Positions 17,033 to 25,068 of a stretch of 64,000 nucleotides of DNA are shown piece after piece. Position numbers and translations under genes: made by a program. The notes beneath the pieces are model-generated. The model ran no database searches. It was not told the DNA's origin and saw only the letters and a program-made list of their open reading frames with translations. The stretch's first letter is position 1. Every line of letters starts with the position of its first letter. Source of the stretch: an uncultured Planctomycetales bacterium (GTDB lineage: Bacteria; Omnitrophota; Gorgyraeia; Zapsychrales; JANLHA01); NCBI GenBank assembly GCA_964595465.1, contig CAZQQI010000006.1:655-64654 (forward strand). The letters are read 5' to 3'.

Positions 17033-18484
17033 ATGGATAAAGAACATAAAAGCCGTTATAACGTGCTGATCGTTGATGATGAACCGCTGATCCGTGAATC
17101 ATTGTATGAATCTTTGCGTATTGACGGGTACCGTGCTCATATGGCCCCGACCGCTGAAGAGGCTATGGACATGATCCGTAAGATGGACATCTCGATCGTT
17201 TTGACTGATATGAAGCTGCCCGGACGAAGCGGCCTGGATTTAATATCCGATATTAAATTATATAACGAGGATATTGAGGTGATCCTGATCACAGGATTCG
17301 GTTCGATCGATACGGCAGTTGAAGCGATGCGTAAGGGCGCGGACGACTATATTACCAAGCCTGTGAACGACGAGGAGATCAAGCAGCGCATTGAAAAGAT
17401 CATCAATCATAAAATCGTAATGGAAGAGAACCGGCGTCTGCGTCAGCTCTTGGCAGATGCCAATCCCCGTTCCTGCGGAGAAATGCTGGGTGTCAGTGCG
17501 CCGATGCAGAAAGTGTATCACATCATCGAATCCGTGGCCAATTCCAATGCTACCATTTTGGTGACCGGGGAGAGCGGAACCGGAAAGGGTCTCGCTGCCC
17601 GGGCGATTCATGAACATGATGACTCCCGCCGGGATAAGCCGTTTGTCGAGGTCAGCTGCGGTGCCTTGTCTGAGACGCTTTTGGAAAGTGAGCTGTTCGG
17701 CCATGTTAAGGGTGCGTTTACCGGGGCGATCCGTGATAAGGAAGGGCGCTTTGAATACGCCCGTGGAGGAACAATATTCCTTGACGAGATTGACTCGTTT
17801 TCCCCAATGCTGCAGGTTAAGCTTCTCCGGGTTCTGCAGGATGGTGTTTTTGAGCGGGTGGGAGATAATGTGACGCGCAAAACCGACGCGCGCATTGTTG
17901 TCGCTACGAACAGGGATTTGCCGGAATTGGTCGAAAAGGGAGAATTCCGTGAAGACCTTTATTATCGTATCAATGTGATCGCCGTCCGCATGCCGCCGCT
18001 GAGAGAGCGTAAAGACGATCTGGAGATGCTGATTGAACATTTTGTCAATTTTTACAGTCAGAAAAACAAAAAGCAGATCAACGGCGTTTCCGATGATGTG
18101 ATCAAATTGTTCAGCCAATATCCCTGGCCGGGGAATATCCGTGAACTGGAAAATGCTATTGAGGGTGCTGTCATTATGTGCAAAGGCGATGAGATCGATC
18201 GCTGGGATATCCCGAGTTCTACAAAATTTGAACAGGCCGATCCCGGTCGGATAAAGATTGATGAAGCTGAACACGGCGGATCGGAAGAGAGCCAAGATCT
18301 TGAGGGCACGTCTTTGAAAGAGGCGATTCAGCGTCCGGAACGTGATCTGATCATTTCTGTTCTTGAAAGTTGTGATTGGAATCGAAATCAGGCTGCTGAG
18401 CGCCTGGAAATCAATCGGACGACACTCTACAATAAAATGAAAAAATACAACATCGAATTTAAAAAGCCCGGACGTTCTAAATGA
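17033..18484 (+). CDS. Sigma-54-dependent response regulator (NtrC family): receiver, AAA+ sigma-54 activator and Fis-type HTH domains
   Basis: The receiver has LIVDDEP…D. The AAA+ domain has GESGTGKGLAARAIH, the GAFTGA loop (KGAFTGA) and ESELFGH. The C-terminus is a Fis-type HTH (…AAERLEINRTTLYNKMKKY). ATG 17033 is the likely start; the ORF track's 17024 is GTG. Confidence 0.85.
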   Translation: MDKEHKSRYNVLIVDDEPLIRESLYESLRIDGYRAHMAPTAEEAMDMIRKMDISIVLTDMKLPGRSGLDLISDIKLYNEDIEVILITGFGSIDTAVEAMRKGADDYITKPVNDEEIKQRIEKIINHKIVMEENRRLRQLLADANPRSCGEMLGVSAPMQKVYHIIESVANSNATILVTGESGTGKGLAARAIHEHDDSRRDKPFVEVSCGALSETLLESELFGHVKGAFTGAIRDKEGRFEYARGGTIFLDEIDSFSPMLQVKLLRVLQDGVFERVGDNVTRKTDARIVVATNRDLPELVEKGEFREDLYYRINVIAVRMPPLRERKDDLEMLIEHFVNFYSQKNKKQINGVSDDVIKLFSQYPWPGNIRELENAIEGAVIMCKGDEIDRWDIPSSTKFEQADPGRIKIDEAEHGGSEESQDLEGTSLKEAIQRPERDLIISVLESCDWNRNQAAERLEINRTTLYNKMKKYNIEFKKPGRSK

Positions 18485-19509
18485 AGCGTTTAAACATTGA
18501 AAAATTCGCACGTCAGTATATTGACCGCGAACGCTGGGCGCCTGTTCTGTCCCGTTTTATTGAAGTTTTGAAGATAAATATGTTTGTCATTGACCGTGAG
18601 GGCCAGACGGTTATTCCGCCGGCCTCTAATGGCGGCCGCAAGGCGTTCGGTTCCCATTTATTAATGAGCGGCTTAGATAGGGGGCTGCGGGAGGAGCGCA
18701 AACGGGCGGGCCTTGGTCTTTTTGACCACTATGGTGATTATTTAGAATATACGGATCAACTGGGGTTTTCGGCATTCGCCGTGCCATTGGTGGTTGGTCG
18801 CATGCCGTTTGCTCACCTTATTGTTGGTCCAGTTTGCATGAGCCGGCGAGCGGATGCAGAGGAATGCCGGCAAAATTCGGAACGTTTGGGTATGGATCCG
18901 GATGCTGTTTGTGATGCTCTGCAGAATATCCGTGTGATGTCGCATCTTCAGCTGAAATCCGTGCTGGATCTTTTATCGTCAGTGACGCAGGAGTTTATTG
19001 TTTTGCGTTTGGAGAAAGGGGAGGCGGACGTAAAACGCCGTCCTGCCGAGAATCATCTTGGACGGCCCGTATTGCCGCAGGGCAAAGCGGGGAACGGTTT
19101 TCCACAAGAGGTTCTTACTATCGCGGCCCGTATCAGCGGGGCAGAAGCAGCGTCTTTGATGCTCTGGAGCGAGGAAGATAAGGCTCTTATTGTCGAGAGT
19201 GTTTGGGGGACGGCTCCTGGCAAGCCGGGTGCCAAGATGGGTCTGCATGATGGTATTTCAGGGCTGGTTTTGCGGCGGGGCAATGTTATGATGCTGCGCT
19301 CCGATGACGCACAGGATGATGAGGTTCGCCCGTATTTGAAGCGGCCCCAGATCCGGCAATCCGTAATCGTCCCGCTTTTCCATGAGAAACGTCCTGTTGG
19401 AGTTTTGAACGTCCACACGAAATCATCTGATAAAAATTTATTTCCTGCCGGTGACTCACTCAAATTGTTTGCCGAATCTATAAGCCCGCATTTTCATTTC
19501 ATTTCTTAA
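18481..19509 (+). CDS. Regulatory protein with C-terminal GAF domain (N-terminal PocR-like sensory region possible)
   Basis: It overlaps the response regulator stop by ATGA. The C-terminal half has a GAF-like pattern (…SLMLWSEEDKALIVESVWG…VIVPLFHEKRPVGVLNVH). Confidence 0.45.
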   Translation: MKRLNIEKFARQYIDRERWAPVLSRFIEVLKINMFVIDREGQTVIPPASNGGRKAFGSHLLMSGLDRGLREERKRAGLGLFDHYGDYLEYTDQLGFSAFAVPLVVGRMPFAHLIVGPVCMSRRADAEECRQNSERLGMDPDAVCDALQNIRVMSHLQLKSVLDLLSSVTQEFIVLRLEKGEADVKRRPAENHLGRPVLPQGKAGNGFPQEVLTIAARISGAEAASLMLWSEEDKALIVESVWGTAPGKPGAKMGLHDGISGLVLRRGNVMMLRSDDAQDDEVRPYLKRPQIRQSVIVPLFHEKRPVGVLNVHTKSSDKNLFPAGDSLKLFAESISPHFHFIS

Positions 19510-19726
19510 AAGTGGTGCGTTCCTGTTGAGCAGATTCTGATGATGTTCAAGGTCTTATCCGCCAAGATCTTAACGCATCCCCAACCAAAACAATGATCCT
19601 TGGCTTGCCATAGAACGCGGTGATCGTTGTATAAGTGTTTCACCTGACGGTGCGGCATATTTCTAGGGAAAGAGAGGGCAATGATGTTTTTCTGAGCGCA
19701 CGCCCGAAATAACAGGTATGTTTATA

Positions 19727-19740
19727 TGAGCATATGCTCA
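19727..19740. promoter_or_regulatory. Perfect 14-bp palindrome TGAGCATATGCTCA upstream of the DUF134 gene
   Basis: It lies about 60 bp upstream of an extended -10 (TTGTATAAT, 19801-19809) and the ATG at 19817. Confidence 0.3.
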
Positions 19741-19816
19741 AAATAAAGGGAGGGTTGTTTAGAGCAAAAAATCAAAAAAACCATGACAAGAGGCAGCTTT
19801 TTTGTATAATAGAAAT

Positions 19817-20272
19817 ATGAAAGCCGGACGTCCGAAAAAAGTGCGCTATATCCAACAGATGCCGAAAACGGTTCTGTTCAGTCCCCGTGGAAATCCTGGG
19901 CGTCCGGATGAAGTTGAGCTGACGATCGAGCAGTTTGAGGCGATTAAGCTTGCCGATCATCAAGGATGCAGCCAGGAACAAGGCGCGACAGCTATGAAGA
20001 TCTCCAGGGCCGCGTTTGGGCGGATATTAAGAGATGCCCGTAAACGGCTTGCTGATGCCATCGTTAACGGTAAAGCCTTAAGGATCCGTATGGGTCAGGC
20101 TCAGATCGGGGTTCGTAGACGCGATGTTTCTCTTGAAGATCTGCGTAAAGAAGTCGCTCAGTTTAAACAGCGTAATCAGGAGTTGCTTAAGGTGCTGTCT
20201 TTAGAAAAAAAGCCTGGTGAAGAAGAGTCTGGTTCGATTTCTATTGAAAGGGCGCGCAGTTTTTCCGGATAG
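19817..20272 (+). CDS. DUF134/UPF0251 family predicted DNA-binding protein
   Basis: It shows the family N-terminus GRPKK.R…P….F.P and an HTH-like …AMKISRAAFGRILRDARKRLADAIVNG. The first ATG is 19817; the ORF track's 19802 is TTG and overlaps the -10. Confidence 0.6.
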   Translation: MKAGRPKKVRYIQQMPKTVLFSPRGNPGRPDEVELTIEQFEAIKLADHQGCSQEQGATAMKISRAAFGRILRDARKRLADAIVNGKALRIRMGQAQIGVRRRDVSLEDLRKEVAQFKQRNQELLKVLSLEKKPGEEESGSISIERARSFSG

Positions 20273-20549
20273 TCTTGCTTTAGGGGTGTATAGAGAAGAT
20301 GGGGCATTGCCTGGGCCGTATTGTTTTTCTTATAATAAATGACGCTGTTCTGCATATATTACATGAAATAAGAAAGTCAGGATCACGATGGGGCTTTAAA
20401 AAAGGCCTTTTTTATTAGATTATTTTATTCCTATAATATATGTTATGTTAACTTGACAATATAATCTAACATGTTGGTGATAATAGGGTTTTGTAAAAGA
20501 ATTTTCTTTTAGGGTATTGATCAGGGTTGTGCGGCTGCTGACTGGTTGC

Positions 20550-21128
20550 CTATTTGTTCTCCACACTGGCGCTGATGATCTTTTGTTCCTGAACAGGCCG
20601 ATCTCCGGCTCCGGTTTCTACATCTTCGAGCTTTCGGACTGTATCCATGCCGTTGATAACCTTTCCGAAGATGGTATGTTTCTTGTTCAGCCAGGGTGTC
20701 GCCGCAGTCGTGATAAAGAATTGGCTGCCGTTGGTGTTGGGACCGGCATTGGCCATGGCCAGGATTCCCGGACTGTCAAAGAACAGGTCATTGCTGACCT
20801 CATCGTCAAAGGGCTTTCCCCATTTGCTTTCCCCTCCCCTGCCGGTGCCGGTGGGGTCACCGCCCTGGATCATAAAGCCTTTTATGATGCGGTGAAACGG
20901 AACACCATTATAGTATCCTTCTTCGATCAAGCTGGTGAAATTTTCTACGGCCTTTGGGGCTTCGTCTTTATAAAGTTTCAGTTCAATAGTCCCCTGGGTT
21001 GTTTCCAGAATAGCGATCGTATCCATAGTCCATTCCTCTGTACTGTAGTTGGTTTGAGCGAATATTGGTGTTTGCACTAACGCCGAAATCAAGCTGGCGA
21101 TAAATAGTCGGCTTAAGGCTTTTGTCAT
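20550..21128 (-). CDS. Peptidyl-prolyl cis-trans isomerase, cyclophilin type, periplasmic
   Basis: The signal peptide is MTKALSRLFIASLISALVQTPIFAQ, taking the start at internal ATG 21128; the ORF is open to 21191. The cyclophilin core is FHRIIKGFMIQGGDP.GTGRGG. Confidence 0.85.
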   Translation of the reverse strand: MTKALSRLFIASLISALVQTPIFAQTNYSTEEWTMDTIAILETTQGTIELKLYKDEAPKAVENFTSLIEEGYYNGVPFHRIIKGFMIQGGDPTGTGRGGESKWGKPFDDEVSNDLFFDSPGILAMANAGPNTNGSQFFITTAATPWLNKKHTIFGKVINGMDTVRKLEDVETGAGDRPVQEQKIISASVENK

Positions 21129-21209
21129 ATTTCGGTTTGTCCTTTCGTTGATGAGGATGAGGAATAATACCTGGCGTACAGACTGCAGCAAAAAAAATAT
21201 CTGTATCGT

Positions 21210-23354
21210 TTATTTTTCCTCATCGGTTTCGGGTGTTTCTGATGAGTTACTGTCTTGTTGAGGGTTGTGTTCAGCGTTTTCCTCATCAGGTGTTTCGTTC
21301 GCGCTCATGTTCTCTGAGGATTCTTCTTCTGAAGAGGATTCTTCTTCCGTAAGCTGTGGATTCTGCTGATTGAATTCTTCTTCTATCTCCTGGAATTGTT
21401 TTCCGATATCAGCAAATATGTCCTGGTTTAGATGGGGCTGATCCGGATTAGTGGCATCGGTCTGCGGGTCCTCATCAGGATTTTCCGGTATCTCCAGGTT
21501 TTTTTCAGCAGTGTCGTGAGAGGATCTATCTGTTTTTTGTTCAGCTGTCTCGGTTGCTGCGTTTTCGCTGGTATCATCCGGTGACCGGTTAACATCCGTT
21601 GTATCTGCTGCGGCTTCTTCCGGAGGGTCTTTTCGGCCAACGTCTTCTGTGTTATTTTCAGTTTCGTCCTGGGTCGGTTCAGATGTTTTATCAGGTTGAG
21701 CAGATGATTCTGCCGGTTTATTTTCTTGTTCGAGAAATTCGTCTAACGAGGATTCTATTTTACTGTTAGGTGCAGTCGAAGCCTCCTGCGATTTACTGGA
21801 CGCGGCTTGAGTATTTTCATCAGGCGTAGATTCTGAGGGTTCTTCCTGGAGCGGGTTTTTATTATTTTCATTTTCAGGAGGAGGTGTTTCACTGCTGGAT
21901 TTTTCTTTTGTTTCTTTCCAGCCGGATTCAGATGCTTGCTGTGCCGGATCAGCGGAAATCGGTTCAAATCCAGAGGAGGATTTTTGCTTTTCGTTGGAAG
22001 ATTTTTGCTTCGAAGATAGATCAGGCCTATTTTGCGTTTCAGAGATGTTGTCGCTCGGGGAATCCGTGTCATGCCCGATGCCGTTGTCCTCTATTTGCTG
22101 AGATTGCGCGCTTTTGTCTTCCTCTGTAATTTTTTGAGATGGGTCTTGTTCTTCAGACAAGTTTTGGTCTGCTGTGTGTTCGTTATCTTCAGAAGCTGCG
22201 GGTTCTGTGTCTTGGGGAGCGTTTTGTTTTTCTTTTTCGGGATCAGGAGTGTTGCCTTGATCGTTTTCTGTGTTTTTCTCGTCTAAGTGGTTTTGTTCCG
22301 GTTGATCATCTGTTTCGGCAGGAGGTTTTTGTAGGTCATTCTCTTCGTCGGATGTCTTGTCAGAATGTATGCTGTCCGTGTTCTCAGTTTTTTCTTCTGA
22401 TTGATCTGAAGAGTCAGCGGCCTCAGCAGATTCATGAGCTGCAGAGCGCTCCTCTTGTGTTTCAGCCTTCAGGGTTTCTTGATGGCTGTCAGGATGATTT
22501 TTATCATCGGGTTCTTCTTCATTATTGGGTTCTGCAGAGGTCTCTGCGGATTCCGCTTTCTCTGAAGATGGATCCTGGGAAGATGACTCCTGGGAAACTG
22601 ATTTATCGGGAGTCGATTCATCAGAAGATGATTCTGTGGGTGACGATTTCTGGTCGGAAGCCTGGCTTATGTCCTGCGATTCTTGTTCAAGTTTACGGAT
22701 TTTATCTTCCAGCAGATCGATACGGTTTTCATAGGTTTGGTTTTCCGCACGTGTTGATTTGAGGTCGGCTTCGATTTGCCGGGCGCGTTCCTTCTGGTTT
22801 TTGATCTCTTTTTCTAAAACGTCTTTTATCTTATTGAACTCTTTGCGGTGCTTTTTTTCATTTTCCAATGATTTTTCTGTTTCATTCAAGGCGGCGCACT
22901 TTTCATCATAAAGAGATTCGAGCTTCGTGCATTTCGCTTGAAGGTTATTGATCTGCTGGCGGAGATTATCGTTCTTGAGTGAGGCCTTGACCTCATCTTC
23001 CAGATTTTCGCCAGATTCATTTTGCGGTTTGATATTGTCCAGGCGCAGGGATGCTGTCCCGGCATCCTCACTGGAAATTTTATTTAAGTCCGGCTGTGAC
23101 GCACGCTTTTCTTTGATGAATAGGGTTTTGATAACCGAAAGGATGCTTTGGCTGCTTTGTGGTTTTTTTGAGGAAGGCAGCCCTGCTCTCTGCAGGACTG
23201 TATCGGGTGTTTCTTTGGGCATATCCGTCTGTTCTTGCGGCTGCCGGTTTTTTTTATTTTCATCCCAGATCAGCCACAGGACAAAACCGGCGGCGCCGAA
23301 AACAAGAAACAAAGCAATATAAAATATGATCACAGATTCCCTCCCTGTCGACAT
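21210..23354 (-). CDS. Membrane-anchored coiled-coil protein with about 450-aa acidic, Ser/Glu/Asp/Pro/Gln/Thr-rich disordered C-terminal tail
   Basis: It has an N-terminal transmembrane helix (IIFYIALFLVFGAAGFVLWLIW). Heptad-rich coiled-coil spans about residues 140-230. The rest is low-complexity acidic sequence ending ETPETDEEK. No catalytic motifs were found. Confidence 0.5.
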   Translation of the reverse strand: MSTGRESVIIFYIALFLVFGAAGFVLWLIWDENKKNRQPQEQTDMPKETPDTVLQRAGLPSSKKPQSSQSILSVIKTLFIKEKRASQPDLNKISSEDAGTASLRLDNIKPQNESGENLEDEVKASLKNDNLRQQINNLQAKCTKLESLYDEKCAALNETEKSLENEKKHRKEFNKIKDVLEKEIKNQKERARQIEADLKSTRAENQTYENRIDLLEDKIRKLEQESQDISQASDQKSSPTESSSDESTPDKSVSQESSSQDPSSEKAESAETSAEPNNEEEPDDKNHPDSHQETLKAETQEERSAAHESAEAADSSDQSEEKTENTDSIHSDKTSDEENDLQKPPAETDDQPEQNHLDEKNTENDQGNTPDPEKEKQNAPQDTEPAASEDNEHTADQNLSEEQDPSQKITEEDKSAQSQQIEDNGIGHDTDSPSDNISETQNRPDLSSKQKSSNEKQKSSSGFEPISADPAQQASESGWKETKEKSSSETPPPENENNKNPLQEEPSESTPDENTQAASSKSQEASTAPNSKIESSLDEFLEQENKPAESSAQPDKTSEPTQDETENNTEDVGRKDPPEEAAADTTDVNRSPDDTSENAATETAEQKTDRSSHDTAEKNLEIPENPDEDPQTDATNPDQPHLNQDIFADIGKQFQEIEEEFNQQNPQLTEEESSSEEESSENMSANETPDEENAEHNPQQDSNSSETPETDEEK

Positions 23355-23456
23355 GCTCTACAATAAATGTATACTCTATACTAATTTTTAGCAAAGGGGC
23401 AGCGTTTTGTCTATTGAAAAAAAGGAATTCTGCTATGTCGGTTTGGTCGTTATACG

Positions 23457-24212
23457 TTAGAGGAAATTCAGGGCTTCCTTGGGAAGGTGCTTGAGTTCGT
23501 CGCTGCCGAGAACTTTAACAGACCAGCGTAATAACTCAAGTTTGTGGATGAGTCTTTGATCCGCTTCGCTGATTTTGGCGAGCCGTTTGCGCATCAGAAA
23601 TAGCATTTTTCGCAGCATATTAAAAACGATGCGGGCTTCACGTGGACGGTTATTGCCTTCTTCTATGCTTTCTTTGACAGCATGGTAGGCTGATTGGCTT
23701 ACCGTATCGTTATAATGATCCATTTTCAGGATGAGTTTAGGGATGTATGGTTTGAAGTAACGGTAACGGTCCATTATGCATAAGGTGTGCATGGCTTCGA
23801 CCTGAATAAAAGCGGAGTCCGCCCGTTTCAGTCGATGGATGAGAGCCCGTTCAGCAAGGGTTTTTTCATGCGCGAAGATCTCCCGGCTGAATTTTTGGCG
23901 GAAGGCACGTATGGCCGCGGAAATTTTAAGATGCCCCAGAGTTTCATCTTTGATCATGGCCAGCAGGGTGTCGCGGTCTTCTTCCAGATACTTTTTTGTA
24001 TAGCCGGCGATCATCATGCCGTCGTCGAAGATAGCTGGTCCGTAATAATACGGTTCTTTACTAGGCGCGGGGGTTTCCATATGTTCGGTCTGCTCGGCGT
24101 TGACGGCAGTCGGCGGCTCGTTTTCAGCGGTGTCTTGCGCAGAAGCTGAAAAAGGAAAACATAGGAATAGAGCTAAGGCGATTAAAGCGGTGTATTTGGC
24201 GTATGTTTTCAT
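23457..24212 (-). CDS. Secreted hypothetical protein (helical repeat-like)
   Basis: It has a signal peptide (…FSASAQ) and no recognisable catalytic motifs. It overlaps the nadC start by ATGA. Confidence 0.4.
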   Translation of the reverse strand: MKTYAKYTALIALALFLCFPFSASAQDTAENEPPTAVNAEQTEHMETPAPSKEPYYYGPAIFDDGMMIAGYTKKYLEEDRDTLLAMIKDETLGHLKISAAIRAFRQKFSREIFAHEKTLAERALIHRLKRADSAFIQVEAMHTLCIMDRYRYFKPYIPKLILKMDHYNDTVSQSAYHAVKESIEEGNNRPREARIVFNMLRKMLFLMRKRLAKISEADQRLIHKLELLRWSVKVLGSDELKHLPKEALNFL

Positions 24213-25048
24213 AAGAATTCCAAAGTGTAGTCGACCGTTCCGGGGGAATGCGTTAGAGCGCCGACCGAAATACGGTCGACACCGGTCCGGGCAATCTGTT
24301 TAACATTGCTTAAGGTGACGCCTCCTGAGGCTTCCAGCAGGCAGGTGACACCATATTCCTGACGGATCTTGACCGCCTTATTCATCATAGCACAGGTCAT
24401 ATTATCAAGTAAAATAATATCCGGACCCGCATTGAGGGCGTGCCGGAACTCCGTCAGATTATCAACTTCCACACAGATATGTTTTTTGGTGCGCCGGCGC
24501 ACTTTTCGTATCGCTTCTTCAATGGTGGCTTCCCGTTCATGTGCGATACGGTGGTTGTCTTTGATCATGGCCATTTCATTGAGATTGAAGCGGTGATTCG
24601 TTCCGCCTCCGGTACGGACCGCCATTTTTTCCAGCGCTCGCAGACCTGGTGTGGTTTTGCGGGTATCCATGATCTTGGCGTCATAAGGCTTGACCTTTTC
24701 GACAAAATTATGGGTCAGTGTTGATATCCCTGAGAGATAAGACAAAAAATTTAAAGCGGTCCTCTCTCCTGTCAGCAGGGAACGGGTCTGTCCTTTCAAG
24801 GACATGATTTTTGTGTTGCGTTGGACCTCGTCTCCGTCCTTATAATGACAGGTGACGCGGATATTCGGGTCCAGGCGGCGGAAGATCCGTTTTACGATAT
24901 CGACTCCGCATATGAGGGCTTTCTCACGGGTCATAATATAACACGCCGAGGTTTTATCTTTATCGAAAAGGATCTTGGTCGTGATATCCCGGTCACTCAG
25001 GTCTTCGCGCAGGGCGCGGTCAATAATTTTACGGATTTCCGGTTTCAT
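24209..25048 (-). CDS. nadC: Nicotinate-nucleotide pyrophosphorylase [carboxylating] (quinolinate phosphoribosyltransferase)
   Basis: Family-typical length (279 aa) and motifs are present (…TGERTALNFL… DTRKTTPGLR… KDNH). Confidence 0.85.
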   Translation of the reverse strand: MKPEIRKIIDRALREDLSDRDITTKILFDKDKTSACYIMTREKALICGVDIVKRIFRRLDPNIRVTCHYKDGDEVQRNTKIMSLKGQTRSLLTGERTALNFLSYLSGISTLTHNFVEKVKPYDAKIMDTRKTTPGLRALEKMAVRTGGGTNHRFNLNEMAMIKDNHRIAHEREATIEEAIRKVRRRTKKHICVEVDNLTEFRHALNAGPDIILLDNMTCAMMNKAVKIRQEYGVTCLLEASGGVTLSNVKQIARTGVDRISVGALTHSPGTVDYTLEFL

Positions 25049-25068
25049 AAAGTCGATCTCCGCCAGGG

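Noticed and set aside
17258-18511. 417-aa ORF on the minus strand
   Set aside because: It is entirely antisense to the well-supported sigma-54 response regulator gene and has no motifs or RBS. Long spurious antisense ORFs are common in mid-GC genes.
20398-20413. 16-nt perfect palindrome AAAAAAGGCCTTTTTT in the AT-rich convergent intergenic region (DUF134 / cyclophilin)
   Set aside because: It has no loop and an A/T-only stem apart from GGCC. It may act as a weak bidirectional terminator, but it is too low-complexity to call.
21884-23322. Multiple plus-strand ORFs (81-207 aa)
   Set aside because: They are antisense to the low-complexity acidic protein gene. Its repetitive composition keeps the opposite frames open.
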